Below the pieces are notes generated by a model. The model ran no database searches, was not told the DNA's origin, and saw only the letters and a program-made list of their open reading frames with translations. Made by a program: the position numbers and the translations under genes. This document shows, in pieces, positions 13,651 to 26,507 of a stretch of 64,000 nt of DNA (position 1 is the first letter of the stretch; each line of letters opens with the position of its first letter). The DNA is from Octopus sinensis (Eukaryota). The stretch spans positions 67,952,001 through 68,016,000 of the forward strand of contig NC_042997.1 in NCBI RefSeq assembly GCF_006345805.1, written 5' to 3'.

Positions 13651-14370
13651 CCTTACATATTTTCACAGTTGCATTAACGGCTTTTATTTGTAATTTCCCG
13701 AGCTTATGTTAACGTCAGCTGGTCAAATAGTTTTTACTATTTTCTACTGCAGAGCCATATTTCTGGCGTGCCTTACATATTTTCACAGTTGCATTAATGG
13801 CTTTTATTTGTAATTTCCCGAACCTTATGTTAACGTCAGGTGGTCGAATAGTTTTTACTATTTTCTACTGCAGAGCCATATTTCTGGCGTGCCTTACATA
13901 TTTTCACAGTTGCATTAATGGCTTTTATTTGTAATTTCCCGAACCTTATGTTAACGTCAGCTGGTCAAATAGTTTTTACTATTTTCTACTGCAGAGCCAT
14001 ATTTCTGGCGTGCCTTACATATTTTCACAGTTGCATTAATGGCTTTTATTTGTAATTTCCCGAACCTTATGTTAACGTCAGCTGGTCAAATAGTTTTTAC
14101 TATTTTCTACTGCAGAGCCATATTTCTGGCGTGCCTTACACATTTTCACAGTTGCATTAATGGCTTTTATTTGTAATTTCCCGAACCTTATGTTAACGTC
14201 AGCTGGTCGAATAGTTTTTACTATTTTCTACTGCAGAGCCATATTTCTGGCGTGCCTTACATATTTTCACAGTTGCATCAACGGCTTTTATTTGTAATTT
14301 CTCTAACTTTATGTTAACGTCAGGTGGCCAAATATAGTTCTTATTGTTTTCTACTACAGAGGCATGTCTT
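13651..14370. repeat. Minisatellite, 121-bp unit, about 6 copies
   Basis: Unit starts (CCTTACATAT...) at 13651, 13771, 13892, 14013, 14134 and 14255. Inner copies are nearly identical; terminal copies are more diverged. Confidence 0.97.
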
Positions 14371-14564
14371 TTTCCCATGTCCTGGCGGGAGACACGTCAT
14401 ACACTCACACACGCACGTACATACACACACACACGCACACACAGACATACACACACGCACACACAGACATACACACACGCACACACAATACAAACATACA
14501 GCATCTGTATGACTGCATGTATTATATATATATATATATGTCATGTACAAACATACACATATAT

Positions 14565-15385
14565 ACGTGAAGGTAACCAGTGGTAACCGGAAATGTAGTT
14601 CAGGCTTCCGCCGCTAGAAACCCCTTGATGCGACCCTTAGGCATCAGTCTGCCGACTGGCGTCATGGACTGCAGTTGTACTGCCATGTGGTACGTCTTTG
14701 TTTTGCAGTGCTCTACCCTTGTTCGTCGATTTTTGCGATGACTGAAAAGAAGGAACAACGTGCTGGAGAAAACGGTGACCAAACAGTTGTCGTGCTTCAA
14801 ACAGCTTACAAGGACGCTGCCATGTGCAAAACACAAGTTTACGAGTGGTTTTCACGCTTTAGGAATGGTTACTTGTCGCTTGAAGACCAATCTTGTTCAG
14901 GGCGACCGTCGACCTCCCGAACGAATGAAAATATCACGAAAATTCATGAACTGATCTTGGAGGATCGTTGCCGAACAATCGACAAACTTGTTGATATGAG
15001 TGGTGTGTCTTGGAGCTGCTGTCTACGAATTTAGTGCGAAGAATTAAGAATGAAAAGAGTTGCAGCAAAGTTTGTTCCTCGCTTGCTCACGGAAGATCAG
15101 AAGCAGTTACGACTGAATGTATGACCTTTCTCAACAACCCTCCCAATTCACCTGATTTTGCTCCCTGTGACTTGTTTTTGTTCTTGCGAACGAAAAAAGT
15201 CCTTAAAGGAAAACGTTTTGCAGATGTGAAAGAAGTGAAGAATAAAACGACAGCAGCGTTAAAAGTCATCACTTCGCAAAAGTTCCAGGACTGCTTCGAA
15301 CAGTGGAAAATACGCCCTTGGCCGATGCGTTGCTTCAAATGGAGAATACTTTGAAGGTAATAAAAGAGTAAACATATAAAACTTA
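14565..15385 (+). mobile_element. Internally deleted mariner element
   Basis: MTEKKEQR..KTQVYEWFSRF..SGRPSTS, KFVPRLLTEDQK joined directly to PPNSPDFAPCDLFLF..LKGKRF..GEYFEG; the catalytic middle is deleted. Confidence 0.9.
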
Positions 15386-15830
15386 TTCAGTGGCAAACCT
15401 CACCTCCACAGTGCCATATCTTCTCCTTCTAATGTAGAAAGTCGCAGTACTTTTCACTTGTTCCATACATTTCTCTGATGCCATCTCCATTTTCTTATTG
15501 GTTATAGACAGCGTTCTATATACCACTGTCCTCCTTCTCGTTCTGCTAGTTACTTCCTCTGGAGGGGTCAGCCTTAAACTTGACCCCCGCCTTCTGGATC
15601 AGTTCCTTGCAACTCTCCAACTTCTCTCTTTCAATTTTCACCTGCCGCACTTCCAGCGCATTCGTCGCGGTAGTACAGCTTCCAGCCGCCGAAGCATAGC
15701 TCTCGGCATGGGTTCTTTCCGGTTCGCCATTCAGTTTTTTCCAAGTCTCTTCGCCCCCAAATGAGGAAAGAAAACAAACAAATACACAGGTCCAAAAGCA
15801 AAACAACAACAGTTTTCAACAAAATTCAAC
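15385..15830 (-). mobile_element. Probable LINE (Tx1/L1-like) ORF1 5' fragment
   Basis: ESYASAAG motif and RTVVYRTLSITNKKMEM..RG.RYGTVEVRFATE are homologous to the fragment at 40630-41250. The LINE-ORF1 assignment is from recognition only. Confidence 0.5.
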
Positions 15831-16302
15831 AATAGCACCTAGATAAAGAAGAATATTTGACGGGATCACAAAGATTTAACCAAAAGCTATTATTTATCGT
15901 CGTTCGGTTAAGTCTATTCCCGCAGGGGGTGTCGCGACACTCGCCACAAAACTATCTATATGCCCACTCACATAAACCGAAGCATATGAGTTGTATCAAG
16001 CATACTTCCACCGTTGTACATCTGTAGCAATGTCTGGCTGTGCTTTGCTGAAGTTTGGTCGTAAAAACTGGTTGTATTTTCGCTCTCCTTTGTTATTAAA
16101 ACTTAAATAAATAAGATATATACAATTTCATTTCCTTTTACTAACCTTACTAGATCGTTGTTGATGCCAGTTGGAATAGCGGCTGGAGTTATTGTTCCAC
16201 TTCCTCCTCTGCTCCTCTCCTCCTTCCCTCCTCTCCCCTCCCCGTCCAACCCACCAACATATATATAAAACCACCATCATATATATATATATATATATAT
16301 AT

Positions 16303-17549
16303 AAGGTTGTTTCACATGAAATGTCGCATTTTTAATTGTTATTTCAGTCATTTAAAAACTCAATTATGTATACCTTGCATTTTATCTTGACACTTTTTCT
16401 TTCCCAACAATATTGGTATACAAAATTCGTACCCACAGACCATATGAAAATAATAACAACCAAACTATGTTGAGTGAGTTTCTCGTATAAGTACAAACTG
16501 GGTCACTCTGCCGCAGGAGCTCTTCGGAATATCAAGTGGGCCTTTGGTAATGGTTTTGTTGACATAAGAACTGTTCAGAGATGTTCCTAATCTCTCGTTC
16601 AGGAGATGATAGCCTTGAAAGCAAACCAAGGGTTAGCCAAAATCAGTTATTCGGCATAATGGTTTTAATGCTTTGGTAGAACAAAATCTGAGAGCAAAGG
16701 TTCGAAAACTTTCATCAGAACTTCAAACATCTCGCAAAACTGTTTTTGGGCACTTGTAAAAAATTGGAAAAGTCAAGAAATCAGATTGGTTTGTTCCACA
16801 TCAACTGAACAAGATTAAAAAAAAATAACAGACGCCTCGAAGTTTACTCCTTATTGCTTTATCGACTGGAAAATACCATTTTTGTATCAAATCATTACTT
16901 GTGATGGGAAATGGATACTCTTTGACAACAGCAGGAAAACAGGACAGTGATTAGATGCAGGAGAGTCACCTAAACACTACCCAAAAACACCATTGCACCC
17001 TAAAAAGTTAGTGGTCACTGTATGGTGGTCTGCGAAGGGAGTTATTCATTATTTATTTTTGCAACAAGGTAAAACGGTAACAGCAACATCGTATTGCTAG
17101 GAAATTGGTTGTATGCATGAGAATTTGAAAAAGAAGCAACCCGGACTAGTGAATAGAGATGGCCCAATTTTGCTCCAGGACAATGTACGTCCTCACACTT
17201 CTCAAGCTAACGTCCAAAAGTTGCAAAGCTTGAATTATGATATTTTGCAACATTCTCCCTATTCCCCTAATATCTCTCCTACTGATCATCACTTATTTAA
17301 GCATTTTGAGATTTTAATAAGCAATAAAACATTCTTAAATAAAGAAGAGGTAATTGAAGCATTCGGTTAGTTTATCACAACAAAAGATGATTTGTTTTTT
17401 TAAAGATGGACTATATGCATGGAGAAACGTTGGGTATACGTCATAAATGAACATGGATCATATTTTGATTAAATAATTCAATTCTCTAACACTTCTGAAA
17501 CATTTTATTGTTACCTTTCATATACAACATTTTATGTGAAACAACCAAA
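16303..17549 (+). mobile_element. Full-length degenerate mariner (DD34D) element
   Basis: TIRs GGTTGTTTCACATGAAATGT / ACATTTTATGTGAAACAACC in TA context. Motifs FVPHQL, IITCDGKW, LLQDNVRPH and YSPNISPTDHHLF; many stops. Confidence 0.92.
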
Positions 17550-17871
17550 TATATATGATGGAGTGTAACTTTTAAACATTTTGTATTGAAAACACGACAC
17601 GACTATGCTCCAGCTTTACTTTTTTGCTGGAACGTTTGCACATGTTTGTATGAATTTTTTCTAGGTTTCCGATAGTTCAACATATTCCAGTTTACCCATC
17701 ACAAGCCATGTCGTCCACATATCTTGTGTATGATATATGTTGGTGATTTGGTACCAGTCTGTATATATTCTTTAGTATCTATTTAGAATGGCAAAGGGAG
17801 ATTATATTATTTTACTTTCTTCTCCTTGTTTCAGTCATTTGACCGTGGCCTACTTTATGATTTTTATATAT

Positions 17872-17952
<81 letters not shown>

Positions 17953-19127
17953 TTTATATATATATGTTTATGTATATATGTATTAGCTATCTCTATATAC
18001 GTATTTATGTGTGTGTGTTTGGGTGTATGTATATGTGACTATGTTATATGATATCACATACTTACAACCTGTTAGGCTTTTCCAATAAATTATAAAAGAT
18101 TATAATGAGTAAGAAAAACTGAATATATTCTGAGCATCATCTTCGTTACTCCTCGATTTAAAATTCAAGCATGTAATCCCACTATGTTTAATCTTGAAAT
18201 GTTTATCTCCCTTACAAGAACTAACTGCTGAAAACACAAGGTATAATAATTGTACTTTTGTATAAAATGGATTTGGAAGTATCTGATGACCTTATCTGAT
18301 ATGTATTCTTTTAAATGTATATAAACGAAAATTAGGTTTGTAAGTTGGCGAAACATAATTACACCCATTACCGACTGCATAATTTACAGTTTATACTCTG
18401 TTACCTTACGTTCTTTATCGATGGCCAGCAGCGACAATATTTGACAGACACAATGCAAACTGGAAAATCCAATAAGAAACGTTTCAGAGATACTCTGAGA
18501 TATTTTAAAAACTATGAATCATCAATAAGTGTTCATTTTGCCTGAAAATCATTTAACCTTATACAGCCAAATAAATAAATAGATAAATAAATAAATGAAT
18601 AAAACAACGATAACAACACCATGCCAAGTCAAACAGGGGACGGCTATGTAGCAGTTCAAGCTGTTAGAAATAACGGTCTAAGTTAAAAAAAACAGCCACA
18701 CCGTTTAAAATAGGACATATAAGTTAATGTTGTACTTGGTAGACTGGACCAAGTAAAATACGGAATGGTCACGACTGGGAAGTCTTTGGCTATAGGCTTA
18801 AGTAACAGTTAAGCCGAAACTACACAGCAACAATAACAACAATGATATCATAACCTTCTGTCATGAAATGTGATGACGTAGCGTATTTAAATTTCAAATT
18901 CAGCTTCTGAACACAATACCCCCAGCATGACTCAAAATCAATATGACCATACAACTCGACTAAGGCTAAGAATCTGCCTAAGTCAATGTCTTCTCTTCAC
19001 TCATTATTCGAACATTTATAGGCAGGAAACACTTATTTATTCAAACAAATATAATGGTGAGCAGAAAATTTACGAGATGTAATTTGAAAGCTTAGATTTC
19101 AATAGACGTAACATAGAATAGCCTGCA

Positions 19128-19129
<2 letters not shown>

Positions 19130-19158
<29 letters not shown>

Positions 19159-19290
19159 TGTATGTATGTATGTATGTATGTATGTATGTATGTATGTATG
19201 TATGTATGTATGCATGTATGTATGTATGTATGTATGCATGCATGCATGTATGTATGTATGTATGTATATATGTATATGTATGTATGTAGT
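19130..19290. repeat. (TATG)n microsatellite
   Basis: Tetranucleotide array seen directly. Confidence 0.95.
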
Positions 19291-19440
19291 TATGTCATTA
19301 TTCAGTTTATTTCAAGATTTCTTGCCAATAGAGAAAGGTTCCTTCATTGGAATTTCGACATCAACAGGGTATTTTTTGTGTGTATGTATATATGTACAGA
19401 TTTGATTGTTTTATGCATAGAGTTACATATCTAGACATGC

Positions 19441-20875
19441 TCATATATATTTAGATAATAAACTTCTGGAAAGTTTTACAGATTGGATCTGTAGTCTTCG
19501 AATTAACTTTCTTCTTTCTGGTTTTGAGAAGCTTAATTTCTCAAGTTTGGTATTTAGGCACTGTGTTACATATCCCAGGGCCCCAATAATTACAGGTATA
19601 ACCCTGAACTCGTAATCTGGATAGAGTAACTGTAGATTTCTCAATAGTTCATCATCGGTGTTCTCTTTTTCACTGATCTTCAGCTTTATATTAACATCCG
19701 CTGGTTAGCTAATTTCCACAACTGCGCACAGTTTCTATTCTCTATCCCAAATCATTATATCAGGTCTGTTGTGCTTACATTTTATTGAGATCTTCACTGG
19801 TACATTCCACCAGTATTCCTTTTCATTATGAGTGGCTATGCTTCTACTATATTGTGATTTTTTATTTCTTTGTCCTCGAGATTATCCTTCCAGCGGATTT
19901 CATTATAGATTGTCCTAGCTACAACGTCATGTCTCATCTGTAGATAATACCGTGATGACATTTTCTGACAACTGCTTATGATGTGGGTGATATCTTCAGT
20001 GAGAACTCCACAAAGTCTGCATCGGTTGTCACATTTTACGGCTTTTACCGCATCTCTATCCCTTTTGTGCATCAGGTACTTGGTTGATATTTCCTGTTCC
20101 TAGATTGCAAAAGCATACTCTTCAAAGTGGGAGGTAATAATCCGGCTATTCGTCCATAATACACTGCTTTGATGATCTATGTTACTATCATTACAGAGCT
20201 TTCTACTAATATATCCACGCATAGTCTTCTGCTCATATAGGCTCATCTTTTCATCTGGTGATACGTTGCAGTAGAGTCGTGCGACTTCTTTGGGCATGTA
20301 TTCTAGGTTATCAAAGAGTGTTGCTCAAGGAGCTGCCTTCCAAGTTTTATAATGTTAAGCCTCTGTCCCCTTGTTTACGTTTTAGGTAGAGGCGGTCTAC
20401 ATCACTGTTTATGTGGAAATTATGTGTGCTTGTTAGTATTTTTCGGGTTTTCACATCAATGGCTTGGATTTCATCAAGCGTCCAATCAAGCAGCCCAAAT
20501 GTTGGTATGAGTACTGGCACTGCAAACACATTGTCGGCCACTGTTTTTTGAATGCAGAAACTTCTGAGGTCCAAATTTTCTTTATTCGGCTGTAATATTC
20601 TTTAATGACACATGTTTTGTTACAGGTACCACTGTAAGATATATTTTAATCCACCCCTAGATACTTGAAAAATTCCTCGTCAGATACAGGGGAACAGTTA
20701 AATTATTGATGCTACTAGCCTGGTTTATAGTTTCGCCCCTTTTCACAATCATAGGGCAACATTTATCCTGATCAAAGTCCAACCCTACATCCTTTGAGAA
20801 TGTTGTAACTAGGCCAAGGCTCTTTTTCATCTCATGCATATTCTTTGCATAAAGTTTTAAGTCATCCACGGGCAT
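19441..20875 (-). mobile_element. R4/Dong-like RLE non-LTR retrotransposon, 3' portion (RT end, CCHC zinc knuckle, restriction-like endonuclease)
   Basis: VDDLKLYAK, SDVDRLYLKRKQGDRGL, CRLCGVLTEDITHIISSC, RHDVVA, HNRPD and IPVIIGALG motifs across frameshifted ORFs. Confidence 0.92.
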
Positions 20876-20876
20876 A

Positions 20877-20940
20877 AGGTGTTGTGGTTAAGAGGGCGGG
20901 CTACTATCCCCAAGATTCCGAGTTCGATTCTAGACAGTGA

Positions 20941-20946
<6 letters not shown>
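20877..20946 (+). mobile_element. Short tRNA-derived SINE / tRNA-like pseudogene with (AAT)n tail
   Basis: A-box-like TGTGGTTAAG and B-box GAGTTCGATTC at tRNA spacing, followed by a long AAT array. Confidence 0.65.
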
Positions 20947-20979
<33 letters not shown>

Positions 20980-21000
20980 AAATAAAATTTAAAAAAAAAA

Positions 21001-21032
<32 letters not shown>

Positions 21033-21046
21033 TAATAATAATAATG

Positions 21047-21113
<67 letters not shown>

Positions 21114-21130
21114 TAATAATAATAATAATT
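20946..21130. repeat. (AAT)n microsatellite
   Basis: Trinucleotide array seen directly. Confidence 0.95.
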
Positions 21131-21544
21131 AAGGCCAACAGGCCAGATATAGAGATCATGAAGAAAAAAAATGCTTTCTAATTGATGTATCAATACCGGC
21201 AGATGACAACGTGTCTCTAAAAGAAATGGAGAAAGTCTCAAAATACAAAGACCTGGAAATAGAGGTAACCAGAATGTGGAATCTGAAAACAGAAACAATC
21301 CCTATCATAGTAGGTGCATTAGGCATGATAAAAAAATATTCAGAAAAATACATAACAAAAACACCAGGACTTACAAACACATATAACATACAGAAAATTG
21401 CACTACTAGGCACTGCACACATCCTACGCAGAACACTTTCCATACAATAACCATCAGAGCATCACGACAAATCACAACACATACCCAAGGCACACAGAGC
21501 TGCGCTCGGTAGTGAAGTGAAAGCACGCTATAAAAATAAAACTA

Positions 21545-21550
<6 letters not shown>
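21131..21550 (+). mobile_element. 5'-truncated R4/Dong-like LINE 3' end, embedded in (AAT)n
   Basis: KANRPD..LIDVSIP..EKVSKYKDLEIEVTRMW..IPIIVGALG..IQKIALLGTAHILRRTL*, short 3' UTR, AAT repeats on both sides. Confidence 0.92.
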
Positions 21551-21600
<50 letters not shown>

Positions 21601-21636
21601 CTTAGGAATGAGAATCTAGGTTCGAAATTCCCCCAG

Positions 21637-21682
21637 GACACCTGATGAAGGCTGGAGAGTACATGAGCCGAAACTTTGTGTT
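21637..21682 (+). ncRNA. Minimal type I hammerhead ribozyme motif (degenerate stem III)
   Basis: GACAC-CTGATGA-A-GGCT..AGCC-GAAA-CTTT-GTGTT: stem I GACAC/GTGTT, stem II GGCT/AGCC, intact core. Confidence 0.6.
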
Positions 21683-21776
21683 AACAACAAACAAGATGAG
21701 GACAAATATCCGTCAAATGTAAATATTGTAAATAATCTACATATTTTCTCATCTCTCAAATATAAAACTGTATGCT

Positions 21777-21890
21777 CATATATATTTAAGTGATAAGCTT
21801 TTGGAAAGTTTTACAGACTTTTACAGTTCCAGAAATGGATTTGATCTGTAGTCTTCGAATTAGCTTTCTTCTTTCTGGTTTTGAGAAGCC
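21777..21890 (-). mobile_element. Second short 3'-ORF fragment of the R4/Dong-like family at 19441
   Basis: Near-identical to 19441-19533 (GGAAAGTTTTACAGA..ATCTGTAGTCTTCGAATTA..GGTTTTGAGAAGC). Confidence 0.85.
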
Positions 21891-22081
21891 TCGAGAGATA
21901 GTGGCAGGCAGTGGATGTTTTGGTCTGAGGGAGGCCTGCGTTGCCAAATGGTGCCATAGTTATCATATGCACAGCTGTCCAACGTCCTAAAATCGATTTT
22001 ATTTATTCATCTTTTGTCGTCGTAAGTGCGATTTTATTAATTTGTCTTTTGTCGTCGAAGTTGCATAGGTCGTTAGTTGAG

Positions 22082-22161
<80 letters not shown>

Positions 22162-22228
22162 GTGTGTGTGTGGTGTGTGTGTGTGTGTGTGTGTATGTAT
22201 GCATGTATGCATGTATGTATGTATGTAC

Positions 22229-22272
<44 letters not shown>

Positions 22273-22486
22273 TTGCACGTTGCTTAATCATCGGTATATT
22301 ATTGTTATTTTATATTTAATATTTTTATTATATGCAATTTTCTAGATGGTGTAATTTAATTGTTCATTTTGAATTGATAAAAGGTGTTTTTTTCTAATTT
22401 TTATATATATATTATATTTTGTGAAATTTGATTTAGTATTTCTAAATTGAATTTTCCCCTGTAAGTTAGGAATAATATTCCCTCAA

Positions 22487-22558
<72 letters not shown>

Positions 22559-22564
22559 TATTTG

Positions 22565-22777
22565 CTCTCTTTTACTTGTTTCAGTCATTTGACTGCGGCC
22601 ATGCTGGAGCACCGCCTTTAATCGAGCAACTCGACCCCGGGACTTATTCTTTTGTAAGCCCAGTACTTATTCTATCGGTCACTTTTGCCGAACCGCTAAG
22701 TAACGGGGACATAAACACACCAGCATCGGTTGTCAAGCAATGCTAGGGGGACAAACACAGACACACAAACACACACA

Positions 22778-22823
<46 letters not shown>

Positions 22824-22987
22824 CGACGGGCTTCTTTCAGTTTCCGTCTACCAAATCCACTCACAAGGCTTTGGTCGGCCCGAGGCTATAGTAGAAGACA
22901 CTTGCCCAAGGTGTCACGCAGTGGGACTGAACCCAGAACCATGTGGTTGGTTAGCAAGCTACTTACCACACAGCCACTCCTGCGCCT
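22565..22987 (-). mobile_element. Full-length tRNA-derived SINE (family A) with internal (TA)n and LINE-like 3' tail
   Basis: Head GGCGCAGGAGTGGCTGTGTGGTAAG..GGTTCAGTCCC (A/B boxes). Other copies at 26508, 58566 and 59210. The 3' tail matches the adjacent LINE 3' end. Confidence 0.9.
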
Positions 22988-23018
22988 ATATATATATTTT
23001 TATTTTATATATTTTTTT

Positions 23019-23619
23019 ATTTTATCTAGTTTCAGCTCACGAGCTGTGGCCATGCTGGGGTACCGCCATCTGGTGTTGCTACATGGTTTTATTTCACGAA
23101 TGCTTTTTAGCAACTGCCATTTGGTGCATGAGAGAGTTCGATGCAGCTGCCCTCATCTGCACCTCCTGTCGTGAAGTTGGTTCATCTGGGATACCTGACA
23201 AGAAGAGATCCAGTTTCATTTTAAAGACATCTGCATCCACCCCATGCAGGTCTCTTAGGTTCTTCGGGAGGATATTGAAGAGCTGTGGGCCTCGGAAGCC
23301 CAGGCTATCACAGTATCTTGTCCTACATATTGATGGCAAATTTGGAGTCCTTGGCATCACGCAGTGGCGCCCAGTTCTGGCATTTGTGTAACTCTCGATG
23401 CCAAAGTTTGGGACAAGTCCTTCCAGGATCTTCCAGATGTCTATTATGGCATATCTTTCTCGCCTACGCTCCAAGGAATAGAGTTTTAATCTCTTGAGTC
23501 TTTCCCAGTAGCTTATATGCTGCACAGAGGCTATCTTCTTCGTGTAGCTACGTTGGATCGCCTCAAGTTCTGTGATCAACTTGACACTGGATGGTGACCA
23601 TAGCTGAGAGCAATAGTCA

Positions 23620-23620
<1 letters not shown>
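23019..23620 (-). mobile_element. 5'-truncated CR1/L2-group LINE 3' end
   Basis: DYCSQLWSP..LEAIQRSYTKKI..YWERLKRLKLYSLERRRERY..GPQLFNILP..FKMKLDLFL open to the stop at 23094, then a short 3' UTR. Confidence 0.92.
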
Positions 23621-23687
<67 letters not shown>

Positions 23688-23688
<1 letters not shown>

Positions 23689-24951
23689 GAGGGGCCTTCA
23701 ATACAGTAGAGCAACGAAACTTGGCACAGTTATTAGACTTTTTCTACATAGGAACCACCAAGAGTTACGCATTTCTCGCATCGTTTGATGCAGCTCTGAA
23801 GACCGTTTTTGTAGAAGACCCCAGCTTGGTCCTCCAACCACGACGTGACTTCAGAAATCAAGGCTGCATCATCTGGGAAACGCTTTCCTTTCAAAAACAA
23901 CTTCATGGCTGGGAAGAGGTGAAAATCAGAGGGTGCAAGGTCAGGAGAGTAGGGGGGATGGGGGATGAGTTCATAGCCGCACGACTGTGCTTCTGATCTG
24001 GCGACACGCGAGTTGTGAACCGGAGCGTTGTCCTGCAAGAGGAGGATGCCTTTGCTGATCTTGCCCCGCCTCTTGATTTTGATAGCTTCTCTTAATTTCC
24101 TCAAAAGTGAAGCATAATAGGCTCCTGTAATTGTGGCACCCTTTGCCAGGAAATCTGTCATTAGTACTCCGTCCTGGTCCCAGAAGACTGTGAGCATGAC
24201 CTTGCCAGCAGAGGGCTGCACCCTTGCCTTCTTTGGAGGAGGTGAGTCACGGTGTGTCCACTGCATTGACTGGGCTTTGGTCTCTGGATCATAGTGATGG
24301 ACCCAGGTTTCATCCTGTGTTATCAGTCTTTTGAAAAATTTTGACTCATCTTCTTGGCACATCTCCAAATTCATCCTCGAGCAATCGACACGTTCTTGCT
24401 TCTGGAAAGATGTGAGCAACCTGGGAATCCATCTGGCAGACACCTTTTGCATATGCAAATGGTCATGAATGATAGTTTCCACAGACCCGGTACTAATCTT
24501 GACCTCATGGGCTATTTGGCGAATAGTTATGCGTCGATCTTCCAAAATGGCAGCCTCAACATGATGGACAGATGCCTCATCAATGGGAAAAGGGGGCGAC
24601 CAGATCTGGGAGCTGTTTCCACAGAGTTCCGACCATGTTTGAATTCACGATGCCAGCGTTTTACAAGGTCATATGATGGGGCATCATCACCATAAGTTAC
24701 TTTCATTTCATCAAAAGTCTCCCGTGGTGTGCGTTCTTTCAAATACAAAAACCGGATCACTGCTCGACACTCAACAGGCTCCATTTCACACTCGACTCAG
24801 TTCAAACATCTGTAAATAAGAAACCACAATTAGTTCAGAGCTGTAATTTGCCACTTAATCTATAAAGATATAAATAATTGTACATGCAAAATTTCAGCTA
24901 AATCAAATAACTGCAAGTGGGTCATGAGCATTACTTATTGAACGCCCCTCG
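23688..24951 (-). mobile_element. Near-intact mariner (DD34D) element with one frameshift
   Basis: TIRs CGAGGGGCCTTCAATA / CGAGGGGCGTTCAATA flanked by TA. ORFs 24527..24784 (HTH, SGRP) and 23733..24545 (WIPRLL, DETW, DNAP-34aa-D, YSPDLAPSDF). Confidence 0.97.
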
Positions 24952-25411
24952 TATATATATATATTAAAAACACATTAGCGGGTGCGTTTCTATATAATCT
25001 TCTTACATGTAGAGGAGTTTATTTCACATAACAATAAAGCAAACGCTTTTCATTCTATGGCACTCAACATTTCTTGTTTCTTTTCTTTCCTTTCTGTCTG
25101 TCTCTATATGTCGGTTACTACTTACATACAGCATGCAAATATTTGGAGACTGTGAGCCAACGCTAAAGACAGTCTGAAAAGTGTTTGATCTACTAAAAAA
25201 AGGAATTCGTACTAAGCAAGAAAATTTCAGCAAATGTTCCTGTGTCGGTACTGACTTCAATATGTACATATCTATACAATTTATACTTAATAAACCATGC
25301 ATATAAACGTACAAATGCCTCTACAAATCCACACTAGACATAGATCATATGCATACAAAACACTTACAAACGCATTTGTGTTAGTGTGTGTGTGATCCAT
25401 TTAAGTATAAC

Positions 25412-25457
<46 letters not shown>

Positions 25458-25480
25458 TATTATATATATATATATATATA

Positions 25481-25529
<49 letters not shown>

Positions 25530-26507
25530 GGATATCCGACGGTTTAGACGATGAGCATCCAGTTGTCCAATCAACTGAACTATCTTCTCATTGAATTAGT
25601 GCGCGCGCTTGCATCTCTATATACATTACTTGACCTACTACACTCACGTTACCTTCTGTTCACCATCCTATTAACTTAGTTCTTAGCCACCTTAATTTAA
25701 GTATCTAATTATAAGTGTTTGATCCATTCTGAATAGCATTGAAAAATATGTCCCAGGATGTATGACATTACGAAGGTAAAATGAAGCACCTAACTATATA
25801 ACACTCTTGTGTGTTTTCAGGTAATTAAGGTGTTGCACCTTTACTTTGACAGAAAGAAACCGAGGTGGTGGTGGTGTTGGTGACACATAAATTTTAAAGC
25901 CACTTCTTATTCCTTGTATGGTGACTACAATAGAACGCCTTTGGTGAGTTATCTGTTCTATCAGGGCTAACATGGAAGAGAAAAAAGAGGAGAAGAAGAG
26001 CAAGAAAAAGAACAATAACAACATTGACAACAAAAACAACGCAAAAGTTTGCTACTATTTTTGAATTCAAGTAGGATATAATATCGGAGAGTTGAATAGC
26101 TCTCATACATACATTTTTTTTCAGCTGTCATAACTCTTATATACTTCAAGAAAAAAACAAAGTAATCCCAACACCAGCGACCTATTTGGGAAAGTATCTC
26201 CGAAAGAACGAAAATGAATTCATAAACAGGAAAGTTTTCACTCACAATTACTCTTTATTTGAAATAACAATGTTGACCTAATAACCGGGGCAGTGATATT
26301 AAATTACCCTGGTCGTTTCTTTCCAAATCTAATAACGTACCTCAAGAAACAATAACCACTCAACGCCACTGATGCATACATACATACATACATACATACA
26401 TACATACATACATACATACATACATACATACGCACATACATACATACGCACATACATATATCACTTACATATACCTCGATGTAAGCGTATGCATTGTTGC
26501 GTGGTAT

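Noticed and set aside
13651-14370. Regular repeat array suggesting CRISPR
   Set aside because: Units are contiguous with no unique spacers, there are no cas genes, and the context is eukaryotic.
20877-20946. Functional tRNA gene
   Set aside because: The acceptor and anticodon stems pair poorly, and it runs into an AAT tail rather than a poly-T terminator; treated as SINE-like.
24585-24597. Programmed -1 frameshift in the mariner ORF
   Set aside because: The in-frame heptamer C-CUU-UUC is not a canonical XXXYYYZ site, and mariner transposases are single ORFs. A mutation or sequencing indel is more likely.
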